DNA of 64,000 nt from an uncultured Clostridia bacterium (GTDB lineage Bacteria; Bacillota; Clostridia; Christensenellales; Borkfalkiaceae), in the NCBI GenBank assembly GCA_934272745.1, contig CAKQSI010000003.1:21420-85419 (forward strand), written 5' to 3'. The position numbers and the translations under genes were made by a program. Of the stretch, positions 37,472 through 45,820 are shown in pieces (position 1 is the first letter of the stretch; the number at the start of each line of letters is the position of its first letter). Below the pieces are notes generated by a model, which made no database searches, was not told where the DNA came from, and worked only from the letters and a program-made list of their open reading frames with translations.

Positions 37472-40400
37472 TTGAACTTCAACAAGATCGACATCATCGG
37501 CTTCAAATCGTTCGCCGATCGGTTGGAAATCAGTTTTGACGTGGGAGTTACGGGGATCGTCGGACCCAACGGCTGCGGCAAAAGCAACGTTGCGGACGCC
37601 ATTCGTTGGGTTCTGGGCGAACAGTCCGCGCGTACCTTGCGCGGCACCACCATGCAGGACGTCATTTTCAGCGGTACGCAAAACCGGAAATCGCTTTCGT
37701 ACTGCGAAGTTTCGCTGCACTTCAACAACGAAAACCGGATGTTCTCTCTGGATTATAACGAAGTCGTCATTACCCGTAAACTGTACCGTTCGGGAGAAAG
37801 CGAATATTACATCAACCACCAGATCGCGCGACTGAAAGATATCGTCAATCTGCTGCACGAAGTGGGTATCGGCAAGGAAGGCTATTCCATCATCGGACAA
37901 GGCAAGGTAGAAGAAATACTTTCCGCCAAACCCGAGGAACGCCGCGCCATTTTCGAGGAAGCCACCGGCATTTCCAAATTCAAAGGCAGCAAGGCGGATA
38001 TCGAGCGCAAACTGGCGCGCACCAAGGACAACCTCATCCGTTACGCCGATATATTAAGCGAACTGGAACGGCAGATCGGACCTTTGAAACGGCAGGCGGA
38101 AGAAGCGATCAGATATAAAGATCTTTCCGAAAAGATCAAGTATCAGGAAGTCAACCACTTTATCTTCAAAGCCGAAAACGTCGGACAGGAACGCGCCAAA
38201 GTGCAGGCGCGGATCGACGCCATCGAAAACGAGGCGAAGGAAAAGGACGAGGCGCTTTCTTCGGCGCAGCAGCGTTACGAGCAGACGGGCGTTGACATCG
38301 TATTGAACGACGCCGCCACGCAAAAACTCAACGACGAGATTCTGGAAAACTCCGTCCGCAACGAAAAGCGTCTGGGCGACGAAAAACTTTTCGGCGAAAA
38401 GATCCGCACGAGAAGGGAAGAAATCGACCGATTAAAAGACGCCATCGCTTCCGCCAACAACACCAAGGCGCGGGCGGAAACCAACCTTGCCCAGAAGCAG
38501 GCGGAAAAAGAGCAGAAGAGCAAAGAACTTTCGGAGATTGATACCCTTGCCGCTTCCGAGCAGCAGGAACTGGCTTCCCTCGTGCGCGAAATTTCCATCG
38601 GCGAGGGCCTTTCGGAAGAAAACCGCAAAAAGATGCTGGAAAGCATCGAATCGCTTTCCGACGCCAAGGTTTCCGCCGCTTCGCTCAACGTGCAGAAAGA
38701 TATGCTTTCTTCCCGCCAGAAAGAGGTCGTGGATAAGGTGGAATCGCTGAAAGCCGCGATGCAGCGCGCCGAGATCGAAGGGCAGAAATTCACCCATCAG
38801 GCGGAAGAATTAAAGAAAAACAACGAGGATCTCGATAAAGTCGTCGCCGAAAAACAGACGCAGAGTTATCTCCTGCGCGAAAAGGTGCGCGACTACAACG
38901 AAAAACTCATCACCTTAAACAGCCAGCTTGCCTCCCTCACCGCAAAGCAGAATTTCCTGAAGGAAATGAAGACTTCGTACGAGGGCTTCGGCGAATCGGT
39001 CAAGACCCTGATGCGGGGCGCGGACGAAGACCGCGAAATCGCGCGGCGGATCCGCGGCGTCATCGCCAAGGTGCTGAAAACCGATAAAATGTACGTCACG
39101 GCAATCGAAACGGCGCTGGGCGGCTCTATGCAAAGCGTCGTGACCGACACGCCCGAAGATACCAAACTGCTGATCGCATACCTCAAAAAGGTCAGCGGCG
39201 GCAGGGTGACTTTTCTTCCCATCTCCACCGTCCGGGCGAGATCGGACGGGGAAAGCGTCCGCCGCGCCACAAAAGAAAACGGCGCGCTCGGGCTTGCTAC
39301 CGAACTGGTAAAATACGATCCGCTGTTCGACGGCGTTATGCGCAACCTGCTCGGCAATACGCTGGTGGTTGACCATATCGACAACGCCATCGCTATTTCC
39401 AAAAAATACGCGTCCGCTTTCAAAATCGTCACGCTGGACGGGGAAATTTTCTCCACGCAGGGCGCGATCACGGGCGGCAGCGCGAGAAACCTGCACCTGC
39501 TCGGCGGCGACAAACAACTTGCCGCCGTGGAAGGGGATATCGAACGCGCCAAAGAATCGCTGGAAAAGGGCAATCGTCTGGTAGAAGATTTCACCGTGCG
39601 CCAGCAGAAGATGGCGGAAGAAATCGACGCCATCCGTCAGAACATCGCCCGCAACGAACAGGATATCCTGATCTTCAACGAAAAGGCGATGACCTTTGCC
39701 GCGGAATATCAGAGATTAAAGACCGAACTCGACAGTTACAGCGAAGAGATCGCGCAGATCTCCGCCACCCTTTCTTCCATCGCGATGGAAGAAAACAAAG
39801 CGGCGGAAGGCAGCCTTGCCATGGCAAAAGCCAAAGAACTGGGCGAAAGCGATCAGAAGATGCTGCAGGAAAAATTCGACGCGATGAAAAAACGCCGCGA
39901 CGAACTGGTCGATCTTTCCACCAAACGCCGCATCGACCGCGGCGCGCTGGTTGCGGAACTGGGCGTGATTTCCACCGACATCGACCGCCTGACCGAAACC
40001 ATCGCGCGCCTGACGGACGAAATCGCGCAGAACAAAGCCGCGCTTTCGGAGCGGGAAAAAGAATTGCTGGTTCTTTCGGAAGAGGTATCCAAAGTCGCCC
40101 TTTCCGAAGCGGAACAGAGCGAGATCGCCCGCATGAAAGAAAAACTGAAAACGCTGGAAGAATCCAAGGCGGCGCTTCTCAGAACGCAGGGCGAGATCGA
40201 CCGCGAAAAGCAGGAAGTACAGGCTGCGCTCCTTGCCCTGAAAGACCGCCGCGCGGAAGAAGACGTGGCGCTTGCCAAGATCGATTCCGATCTCGAGCAT
40301 TTAGCGGAAAACATCAAGGAAACGTACGAACTGGATTACGACGCCTGCCTTGCGATGAAAGACGAAAACTTCGACGACTACGGCAGCCTTGCCGAAACCG

Positions 40401-41071
40401 CGCGGCTTAAGAGAGAGCGCGGCGCGATCAAAAACGTCAACTTAAACGCCGAATCGGACTACGCCGAAGTATCCCTCCGTTACGAAGAGATGCTGACCCA
40501 GAAAGAAGACGTGCAAAAAGCGCAGAACGATTTGACCGAAGCGCTTGAAAAACTGACCAACGAAATGGTTTCCACCTTCAACGCCGGATTCAACGCCATC
40601 AACGAAAACTTCCAGAAGACCTTTAAGGAACTCTTCGGCGGCGGCAACGCCACGCTCGAACTGGAAGAAGTGGAAGAGGGCGGCGACCCGCTTTCCGCAG
40701 GTATCGAAATCAAGGCGGAACCCCCCGGAAAGAAGTTGCAGAAGATCTCGCTGCTTTCGGGCGGCGAACGCGCGCTTACCGCAATCGCTATTTTATTCGC
40801 GATCATTCAGATGCGTCCCATGCCGTTCTGCGTGCTGGACGAAATCGAAGCCGCGCTGGACGACGCCAACGTCGATCGCTTTGCGCACTACTTGAAGAAG
40901 TTCTCCGAAAAGACGCAGTTTATCGTCATTACGCACAGAAAGCCGACCATGGAAATGGCGGACGCGCTGTACGGCGTTACGATGGAAGAAAAAGGCGTTT
41001 CCAAGATGGTTTCGGTCAAACTGTCCGACATCGACGACAGCATGATCGAACCGCAAAAGCCGGTAGCGTAA
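37472..41071 (+). CDS. smc: Chromosome segregation protein SMC
   Basis: TTG start with an AAAGGAGGA RBS. Walker A GPNGCGKSN, long coiled coils, hinge (GVIAKVLKTD...ALGGSMQSVV), signature LSGGERALTAIA and Walker B FCVLDEIEAALD. Confidence 0.95.
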   Translation: MNFNKIDIIGFKSFADRLEISFDVGVTGIVGPNGCGKSNVADAIRWVLGEQSARTLRGTTMQDVIFSGTQNRKSLSYCEVSLHFNNENRMFSLDYNEVVITRKLYRSGESEYYINHQIARLKDIVNLLHEVGIGKEGYSIIGQGKVEEILSAKPEERRAIFEEATGISKFKGSKADIERKLARTKDNLIRYADILSELERQIGPLKRQAEEAIRYKDLSEKIKYQEVNHFIFKAENVGQERAKVQARIDAIENEAKEKDEALSSAQQRYEQTGVDIVLNDAATQKLNDEILENSVRNEKRLGDEKLFGEKIRTRREEIDRLKDAIASANNTKARAETNLAQKQAEKEQKSKELSEIDTLAASEQQELASLVREISIGEGLSEENRKKMLESIESLSDAKVSAASLNVQKDMLSSRQKEVVDKVESLKAAMQRAEIEGQKFTHQAEELKKNNEDLDKVVAEKQTQSYLLREKVRDYNEKLITLNSQLASLTAKQNFLKEMKTSYEGFGESVKTLMRGADEDREIARRIRGVIAKVLKTDKMYVTAIETALGGSMQSVVTDTPEDTKLLIAYLKKVSGGRVTFLPISTVRARSDGESVRRATKENGALGLATELVKYDPLFDGVMRNLLGNTLVVDHIDNAIAISKKYASAFKIVTLDGEIFSTQGAITGGSARNLHLLGGDKQLAAVEGDIERAKESLEKGNRLVEDFTVRQQKMAEEIDAIRQNIARNEQDILIFNEKAMTFAAEYQRLKTELDSYSEEIAQISATLSSIAMEENKAAEGSLAMAKAKELGESDQKMLQEKFDAMKKRRDELVDLSTKRRIDRGALVAELGVISTDIDRLTETIARLTDEIAQNKAALSEREKELLVLSEEVSKVALSEAEQSEIARMKEKLKTLEESKAALLRTQGEIDREKQEVQAALLALKDRRAEEDVALAKIDSDLEHLAENIKETYELDYDACLAMKDENFDDYGSLAETARLKRERGAIKNVNLNAESDYAEVSLRYEEMLTQKEDVQKAQNDLTEALEKLTNEMVSTFNAGFNAINENFQKTFKELFGGGNATLELEEVEEGGDPLSAGIEIKAEPPGKKLQKISLLSGGERALTAIAILFAIIQMRPMPFCVLDEIEAALDDANVDRFAHYLKKFSEKTQFIVITHRKPTMEMADALYGVTMEEKGVSKMVSVKLSDIDDSMIEPQKPVA

Positions 41072-41099
41072 GGGCTGTTCCCGCCTGATTTATAGGGCG

Positions 41100-41297
41100 G
41101 AAGCCCTACGATATTTAATAATGGGACGGGTCGAAGACCGGGCGAAACGTCTGCGATTTATAACTAACGACGAGGCAACGACCTGCGGTTTCAAAATGCA
41201 AAAAGGGGTCGAAGACCCCACGGAACGCCTACGATAATTTATTAAGTGCAGGGTCAAAGATCTGAGGCGTCAGTAAAGCAGAAAGGGTCGAAGACCC
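41100..41297. repeat. Dispersed GGGTC-GAA-GACCC mini-hairpin repeats with CTACGAT..TTA(A/T)TAA modules
   Basis: GGGTCGAAGACC(C) at 41128, 41206 and 41285. GGGTCAAAGATC at 41251. CT(A/G)CGAT at 41106, 41151 and 41229. Confidence 0.85.
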
Positions 41298-41311
41298 GTG
41301 AGGAGAGAAGA

Positions 41312-42208
41312 ATGGGTTTCTTTTCCAAAATATTCAAAGCGCTGAAAAAGACCAAGGACAGCATTGCAAGCAAACTGTCCGATCTTTTCCGAAGAAACCG
41401 TTTTGACGACGAATTTTACGACGATCTGGAAGAAATTCTCATCTCGTCGGATATTTCCGTCATCACGGCGGAAGAGATCATCGAAGACTTGAAAACCCGC
41501 GTCAAAGAAGAAAAGATCCGCGAAGAAGAGGGTGTAAAACAAGCCCTGCGCGAGATCCTGATCGAACATCTCGACCGGGCGGAAGTCTACGATTTCGTCG
41601 ATCCCACCGTGATTATGGTGGTGGGCGTCAACGGGGTGGGCAAGACCACTTCCATCGGCAAGTTAGCGCATTATTTTACCGATAAAAAGAAAAGCGTCAC
41701 CATCGCCGCGGCGGATACCTTTCGTGCGGCGGCGGCAGACCAACTTTCGGTCTGGGCAGATCGCGCCAAAGTGCGCGTCGTGCGGTCGGTCGAAGGGGCA
41801 GATCCCTCCGCCGTCGTGTTCGACGCGGTCACGAGCGCCAAAGCAAAAAAAACCGACGTCTTGATCATCGACACGGCGGGGCGGCTGCACGTCAAAGCCA
41901 ACCTGATGGAAGAACTCAAAAAGATGCGCCGCGTGCTTGACCGCGAGTATCCGGAAGCCAACGTGTACACCCTGATCGTCTTGGACGCGACCACCGGGCA
42001 GAACGCCGTTTCGCAGGTGGAAACCTTTAACGAGGCGGTAGGGCTGGACGGCATCGTGCTGACCAAGCTGGACGGCACGGCAAAGGGCGGTTTCGTCATT
42101 TCGCTTTGCAGCGAACTGGAAATTCCCGTTCTTTTTGTCGGCACCGGCGAAAAGTTGGACGACATCGAAGAATTCGATTCCGAAAGTTTCGTAGACGCGA
42201 TTTTATAA
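41312..42208 (+). CDS. ftsY: Signal recognition particle receptor FtsY
   Basis: MGFFSKIFKALKKTKDS..., GVNGVGKTTSIGKLA, DTAGRLH, TKLDGTAKGG. ATG 41312 with a GAGGAGAG RBS. Confidence 0.93.
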   Translation: MGFFSKIFKALKKTKDSIASKLSDLFRRNRFDDEFYDDLEEILISSDISVITAEEIIEDLKTRVKEEKIREEEGVKQALREILIEHLDRAEVYDFVDPTVIMVVGVNGVGKTTSIGKLAHYFTDKKKSVTIAAADTFRAAAADQLSVWADRAKVRVVRSVEGADPSAVVFDAVTSAKAKKTDVLIIDTAGRLHVKANLMEELKKMRRVLDREYPEANVYTLIVLDATTGQNAVSQVETFNEAVGLDGIVLTKLDGTAKGGFVISLCSELEIPVLFVGTGEKLDDIEEFDSESFVDAIL

Positions 42209-42298
42209 TCGGGTCGAAAAACGACTGTTTTTCGGGGTGAAGAACGGATCCCCGCAAAACCGTAAGAAAATTTCCCCGCCGGGGTCAAGTAAAAATGC

Positions 42299-42327
42299 TT
42301 GACAGGCGGGTTTTTTTATGGTACAAT
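42299..42327 (+). promoter_or_regulatory. Consensus sigma-A promoter for ylxM-ffh-rpsP-khpA
   Basis: TTGACA (42299-42304), 17-nt spacer ending in TGG (extended -10), TACAAT (42322-42327). Confidence 0.65.
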
Positions 42328-42463
42328 TCCATTTGCGAGCCGCCGGTTGCCGCGCTGCAATGCCGGCGCCGCGTTCGTGCATTGTCGAAGAAAAGAGAAA
42401 ACGGCTTTTCCGCGCGCTAAGCGAGAGGGCGACAACGCCTTTCCGCAAGGCAAAGGGGGCATT

Positions 42464-42784
42464 ATGCAAAAAAAAGATCTGTATTATGCCGAACTTTACG
42501 CGGTCTACGGCGCGATTCTTTCCGAAAAACAGAGGGAAGTCGCCGATCAGTACTTTTGCTGCGATTGCAGTCTGGGCGAAATCGCGGAAAACGCGGGAAT
42601 GACCAAACAGGCGGCGAGCGACGCCGTCCGCAAAACCCGCCAGAAACTGGACGAATTAGAAAATAAACTGCACGCCTGTCACATACGTACCGTTTGCGCG
42701 CGTGCGGCGGCGCTCCTCGCTTTATGCAAAGACGACGCCGCGAAAGAAGCGGAAGCGCTGCTTACATCAATAGCGGAGGAATAA
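42464..42784 (+). CDS. ylxM: YlxM/UPF0122 putative helix-turn-helix protein of the SRP operon
   Basis: LYAVYGAILSEKQREVADQYFCCDCSLGEIAENAGMTKQAASDAVRKTRQKLDELE. It holds the conserved position immediately upstream of ffh. Confidence 0.8.
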   Translation: MQKKDLYYAELYAVYGAILSEKQREVADQYFCCDCSLGEIAENAGMTKQAASDAVRKTRQKLDELENKLHACHIRTVCARAAALLALCKDDAAKEAEALLTSIAEE

Positions 42785-42788
42785 AGCC

Positions 42789-44102
42789 TTGGCGTTATTC
42801 GGTTCCTTACAGGAAAAATTATCGCATATATTCAGCAAGATGACCAAGCGCGGCAGGCTGACCGAGCTGGAAATCAAGCAAGCCATGCGGGAAATCCGCA
42901 TCGCGCTGCTCGAGGCGGACGTCAACGTTGCGGTCGCCAAAGATTTTATTGCCAAAGTCAGCGAAAAAGCCGTGGGGCAGGAGATCTTAAAAAGCCTGAC
43001 TCCCGCACAGCAAGTTATCAAAATCGTCAACGAAGAGCTCATCGCTCTCATGGGTTCCACCAACCAGAAACTGGTGATCTCTCCCAAACCGCCCACGGTG
43101 ATTATGATGTGCGGTCTGCAGGGCGCGGGCAAAACCACTCTTTGCGGGAAGTTGGCGCTTTACCTTAAAAAACAGGGCAAAAAACCCCTGCTTTGCGCGT
43201 GCGACGTGTACCGTCCCGCAGCGATCGACCAGTTGAAAGTGGTCGGCGGCAAAGTGGGTTGCGAAGTGTTTGAAAAAAGCACGCAGGACCCCGTCAGGAC
43301 CTCCGCGCAGGCGGTGGAATACGCCAAGTCCTACGGGTTTGACGTCGTGATCATCGATACCGCGGGCAGACTGCATATCGACGACGCGCTGATGCAGGAA
43401 CTCGAACGCATCGTTGCCAAAGTTTCGCCTACCGAAATTTTATTGACCGTCGATTCCATGACCGGACAAGACGCCGTCAACGTGGCGGATACCTTCAACA
43501 AACGGTTGGAGATTACGGGCGTCGTCCTCACCAAACTGGACGGCGATACGCGCGGCGGCGCGACTCTTTCGGTCAAAGCCGTCACGGGGAAACCCATCAA
43601 ATTCTGCTCCACGGGCGAAAAACCGGGCGATCTGGAACCCTTCTATCCCGACCGTATGGCGTCCAGAATCCTCGGCATGGGCGACGTGCTTTCCTTAATC
43701 GAAAAGGCGCAGGAAGCCGTTTCCGAAGAGGAAATGAAAGCCATGGAAAAGAAGTTGAAAAACGCTTCTTTTACCCTGACCGATTATCTGCAGCAGTTTG
43801 AAGCGCTGAAAAAAATGGGCAATCTGGACTCCTTGGTGCAGATGATCCCGGGCGCTTCCAAAATGGGCATTTCCGCCGACAAGATCGACGAAAACAAGAT
43901 CGAACGCACCAAAGCCATCATTCTTTCCATGACCCCGAAGGAACGGGACAATCCGCTCATTATCGGCAGCAGCCGCAAAAAAAGAATTGCGGCGGGCAGC
44001 GGCACTTCGGTACAGGAGATCAATCAGCTGTTAAAGCAGTTCGATCAGACCAAACAAATGATGAAACAGTTCAGAAACGGCAAAAAACGTTTGCCTTTCT
44101 AA
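42789..44102 (+). CDS. ffh: Signal recognition particle protein Ffh
   Basis: TTG start 9 nt after GGAGGA. GLQGAGKTT, DTAGRLH, TKLDGDTRGG, and an M-domain with a Met-rich segment. Confidence 0.95.
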   Translation: MALFGSLQEKLSHIFSKMTKRGRLTELEIKQAMREIRIALLEADVNVAVAKDFIAKVSEKAVGQEILKSLTPAQQVIKIVNEELIALMGSTNQKLVISPKPPTVIMMCGLQGAGKTTLCGKLALYLKKQGKKPLLCACDVYRPAAIDQLKVVGGKVGCEVFEKSTQDPVRTSAQAVEYAKSYGFDVVIIDTAGRLHIDDALMQELERIVAKVSPTEILLTVDSMTGQDAVNVADTFNKRLEITGVVLTKLDGDTRGGATLSVKAVTGKPIKFCSTGEKPGDLEPFYPDRMASRILGMGDVLSLIEKAQEAVSEEEMKAMEKKLKNASFTLTDYLQQFEALKKMGNLDSLVQMIPGASKMGISADKIDENKIERTKAIILSMTPKERDNPLIIGSSRKKRIAAGSGTSVQEINQLLKQFDQTKQMMKQFRNGKKRLPF

Positions 44103-44138
44103 ATAAATTGAAAATTTTTTAATGGAGGATACAGCATC

Positions 44139-44435
44139 ATGGCAGTAAAAATGAGAATGACCAGACTGGGCGACCACAAGTCCCCCTGCTATCGTATCGT
44201 CGTTGCGGACAGCAGAACCGCGCGTGACGGCAAGGTCATCGACAAAGTCGGACATTACAATCCTACGGTTAGCCCCGTGGAACTCGTGATCGACGTCGAG
44301 AAAGCCAAGGATTGGCTCGCGAAAGGCGTTCAGCCCACCGAAACGGTCAAATCGTTGCTGGTGAAAGTCGGCGCGATGGAACAGTCCGCAAAACTTTCTC
44401 CCGCGAAAACCAATCCCAAAAAGAAAAAGAAGTAA
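44139..44435 (+). CDS. rpsP: 30S ribosomal protein S16
   Basis: MAVKMRMTRLGDHKSPCYRIVVADSRTARDGKVIDKVGHYNP; GGAGGA RBS. Confidence 0.95.
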   Translation: MAVKMRMTRLGDHKSPCYRIVVADSRTARDGKVIDKVGHYNPTVSPVELVIDVEKAKDWLAKGVQPTETVKSLLVKVGAMEQSAKLSPAKTNPKKKKK

Positions 44436-44448
44436 GGGGTAAATCACC

Positions 44449-44694
44449 ATGCTGGAACTGATCAAATTCATCGTTGAACAGTTCGCCGAAAAGCCCGAAA
44501 GCATTCAGTACCTAACCATCGAAAACGGCAACAACGTAGACGTTACCGTTTTGCTTGAAGAATCCGATATGGGCAAGGTCATCGGCAGACAGGGCAAAGT
44601 GGCGAAAGCGCTCCGCACGCTGGTTAAAACCGCTTCTCAGAAAGAAGGGAAAAAGTACAATATCGAAATCAAGGAATTAGGAGAAATGAAATAA
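44449..44694 (+). CDS. khpA: KH-domain RNA-binding protein (YlqC/KhpA family)
   Basis: DMGKVIGRQGKVAKALRTLVKTAS is the KH GxxG motif. 81 aa, in the conserved position after rpsP. Confidence 0.85.
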   Translation: MLELIKFIVEQFAEKPESIQYLTIENGNNVDVTVLLEESDMGKVIGRQGKVAKALRTLVKTASQKEGKKYNIEIKELGEMK

Positions 44695-44709
44695 TTTCTC
44701 CTTTTTTTC
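44680..44709 (+). terminator. Rho-independent terminator overlapping the khpA stop codon
   Basis: GGAGAAAT / ATTTCTCC 8-bp stem, GAAATA loop, then TTTTTTT. Confidence 0.7.
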
Positions 44710-44711
44710 TA

Positions 44712-44998
44712 TTAGGGATTCCATTCGCCGTCAATAGTTACCGAAGAGGCGCCTTTTTCGTTCTTTTCTGCGATCGTTTCGTGCAGTACGGCAACTCTCA
44801 CGCTCACAAAAAATCATCAAAAAATGCGCTTTTTTCGGTGCGAAGCATTTTTACGGATGAGAAACCGACCGCAACGCGGCTTGTTTGGGCAAGGCAAACG
44901 CCCGAAGTTGTACTTTTCGTACTACGAGCGACGTTTAACGTTGCATAAATCGGTTTGTCACCGCAAAAATAGTTAGTGATGACGGATGGAATCCCTAA
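44712..44998. other. 287-bp element bounded by 19-bp inverted repeats (MITE-like or structured RNA)
   Basis: TTAGGGATTCCAT-TCG-CCGTCA (44712-44733) against TGACGG-ATGGAATCCCTAA (44980-44998). That is 13 + 6 bp of perfect complementarity with one 3-nt bulge. The interior has several small hairpins. Confidence 0.6.
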
Positions 44999-45307
44999 GG
45001 CAACGCCGCACGGCTGTTTCGTGTGCGGAATTGCCTTGAAAGGAAAGGACGCGTTACCGCCCGGGGTCTGCTTTTTAGCGGAAGTTCGGGCGGCGTTTCC
45101 GATTGCGGCAAGGGTTGCCGAGTGGCGTTTTGTTATAAAGCAAAAAATTTGCCGCTGCCGGAAACGAGAAAAACGGGGAGCGATTCCTTAGAAAAGATAA
45201 GGTCGTGCCAAAATAAAGCGAGGCGTTCTGCCGCGCGAGGGGTTCACCCGAAATAAGGGGACTGCCCGCGCGGGGAGCGATTCCGCTTCAAGCAAAGGGA
45301 AAAAATT

Positions 45308-45820
45308 ATGGAACAGAGATTTTTCATCGGCGAAGTATTAAAGCCGCAAGGGATTTTAGGGGAAGTCAAAATTAAACCGTACACCGACAACGCGGAACGG
45401 TTTTTAAAACTCAAAACCGTTTTTCTGGAAGAGGAGGAGCATAAAATTCTCCGTGCCAGAGTGGGCGGGGACGGGTTTGTTTTCCTTGCGCTTTCGGGCG
45501 TGTACGACCGCAACGCCGCCGAACTTCTGCGCGGAAAAAGACTGTTCGTCCCGCGCGAAAACGCGACGCCGCTCAAGAAAAACACCTATTACATCGCAGA
45601 CGTTTTAGGCTGCCGCGTGGTGGCGGAAGACGGTACGGACTACGGCGTCGTGACCGACGTCACGCAAGCCGCGCGCGATATTTATACGCTGCAGACCCCG
45701 GACGGGAAAGTCGCGCGGTTCCCTTTCTTAAAACAGGCGGTTGCCGAAGTGGACGTGGAAGAAAAGCGCATTTCCGTCGTGAAAAGGCGAATGGAAGAGG
45801 TTCTTTGCTATGAGGATTGA
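45308..45820 (+). CDS. rimM: 16S rRNA processing protein RimM
   Basis: FFIGEVLKPQGILGEVKIKPYTDNAERF, plus a PRC-barrel C-terminus. It overlaps the trmD start by 11 nt. Confidence 0.9.
   Translation: MEQRFFIGEVLKPQGILGEVKIKPYTDNAERFLKLKTVFLEEEEHKILRARVGGDGFVFLALSGVYDRNAAELLRGKRLFVPRENATPLKKNTYYIADVLGCRVVAEDGTDYGVVTDVTQAARDIYTLQTPDGKVARFPFLKQAVAEVDVEEKRISVVKRRMEEVLCYED

Noticed and set aside
44976-45191. 71-aa ORF starting in the right inverted repeat of the 287-bp element, a possible transposase remnant
   Set aside because: It has no RBS, no resemblance to any transposase family, a Cys/Arg-rich random-looking sequence, and it extends outside the element.
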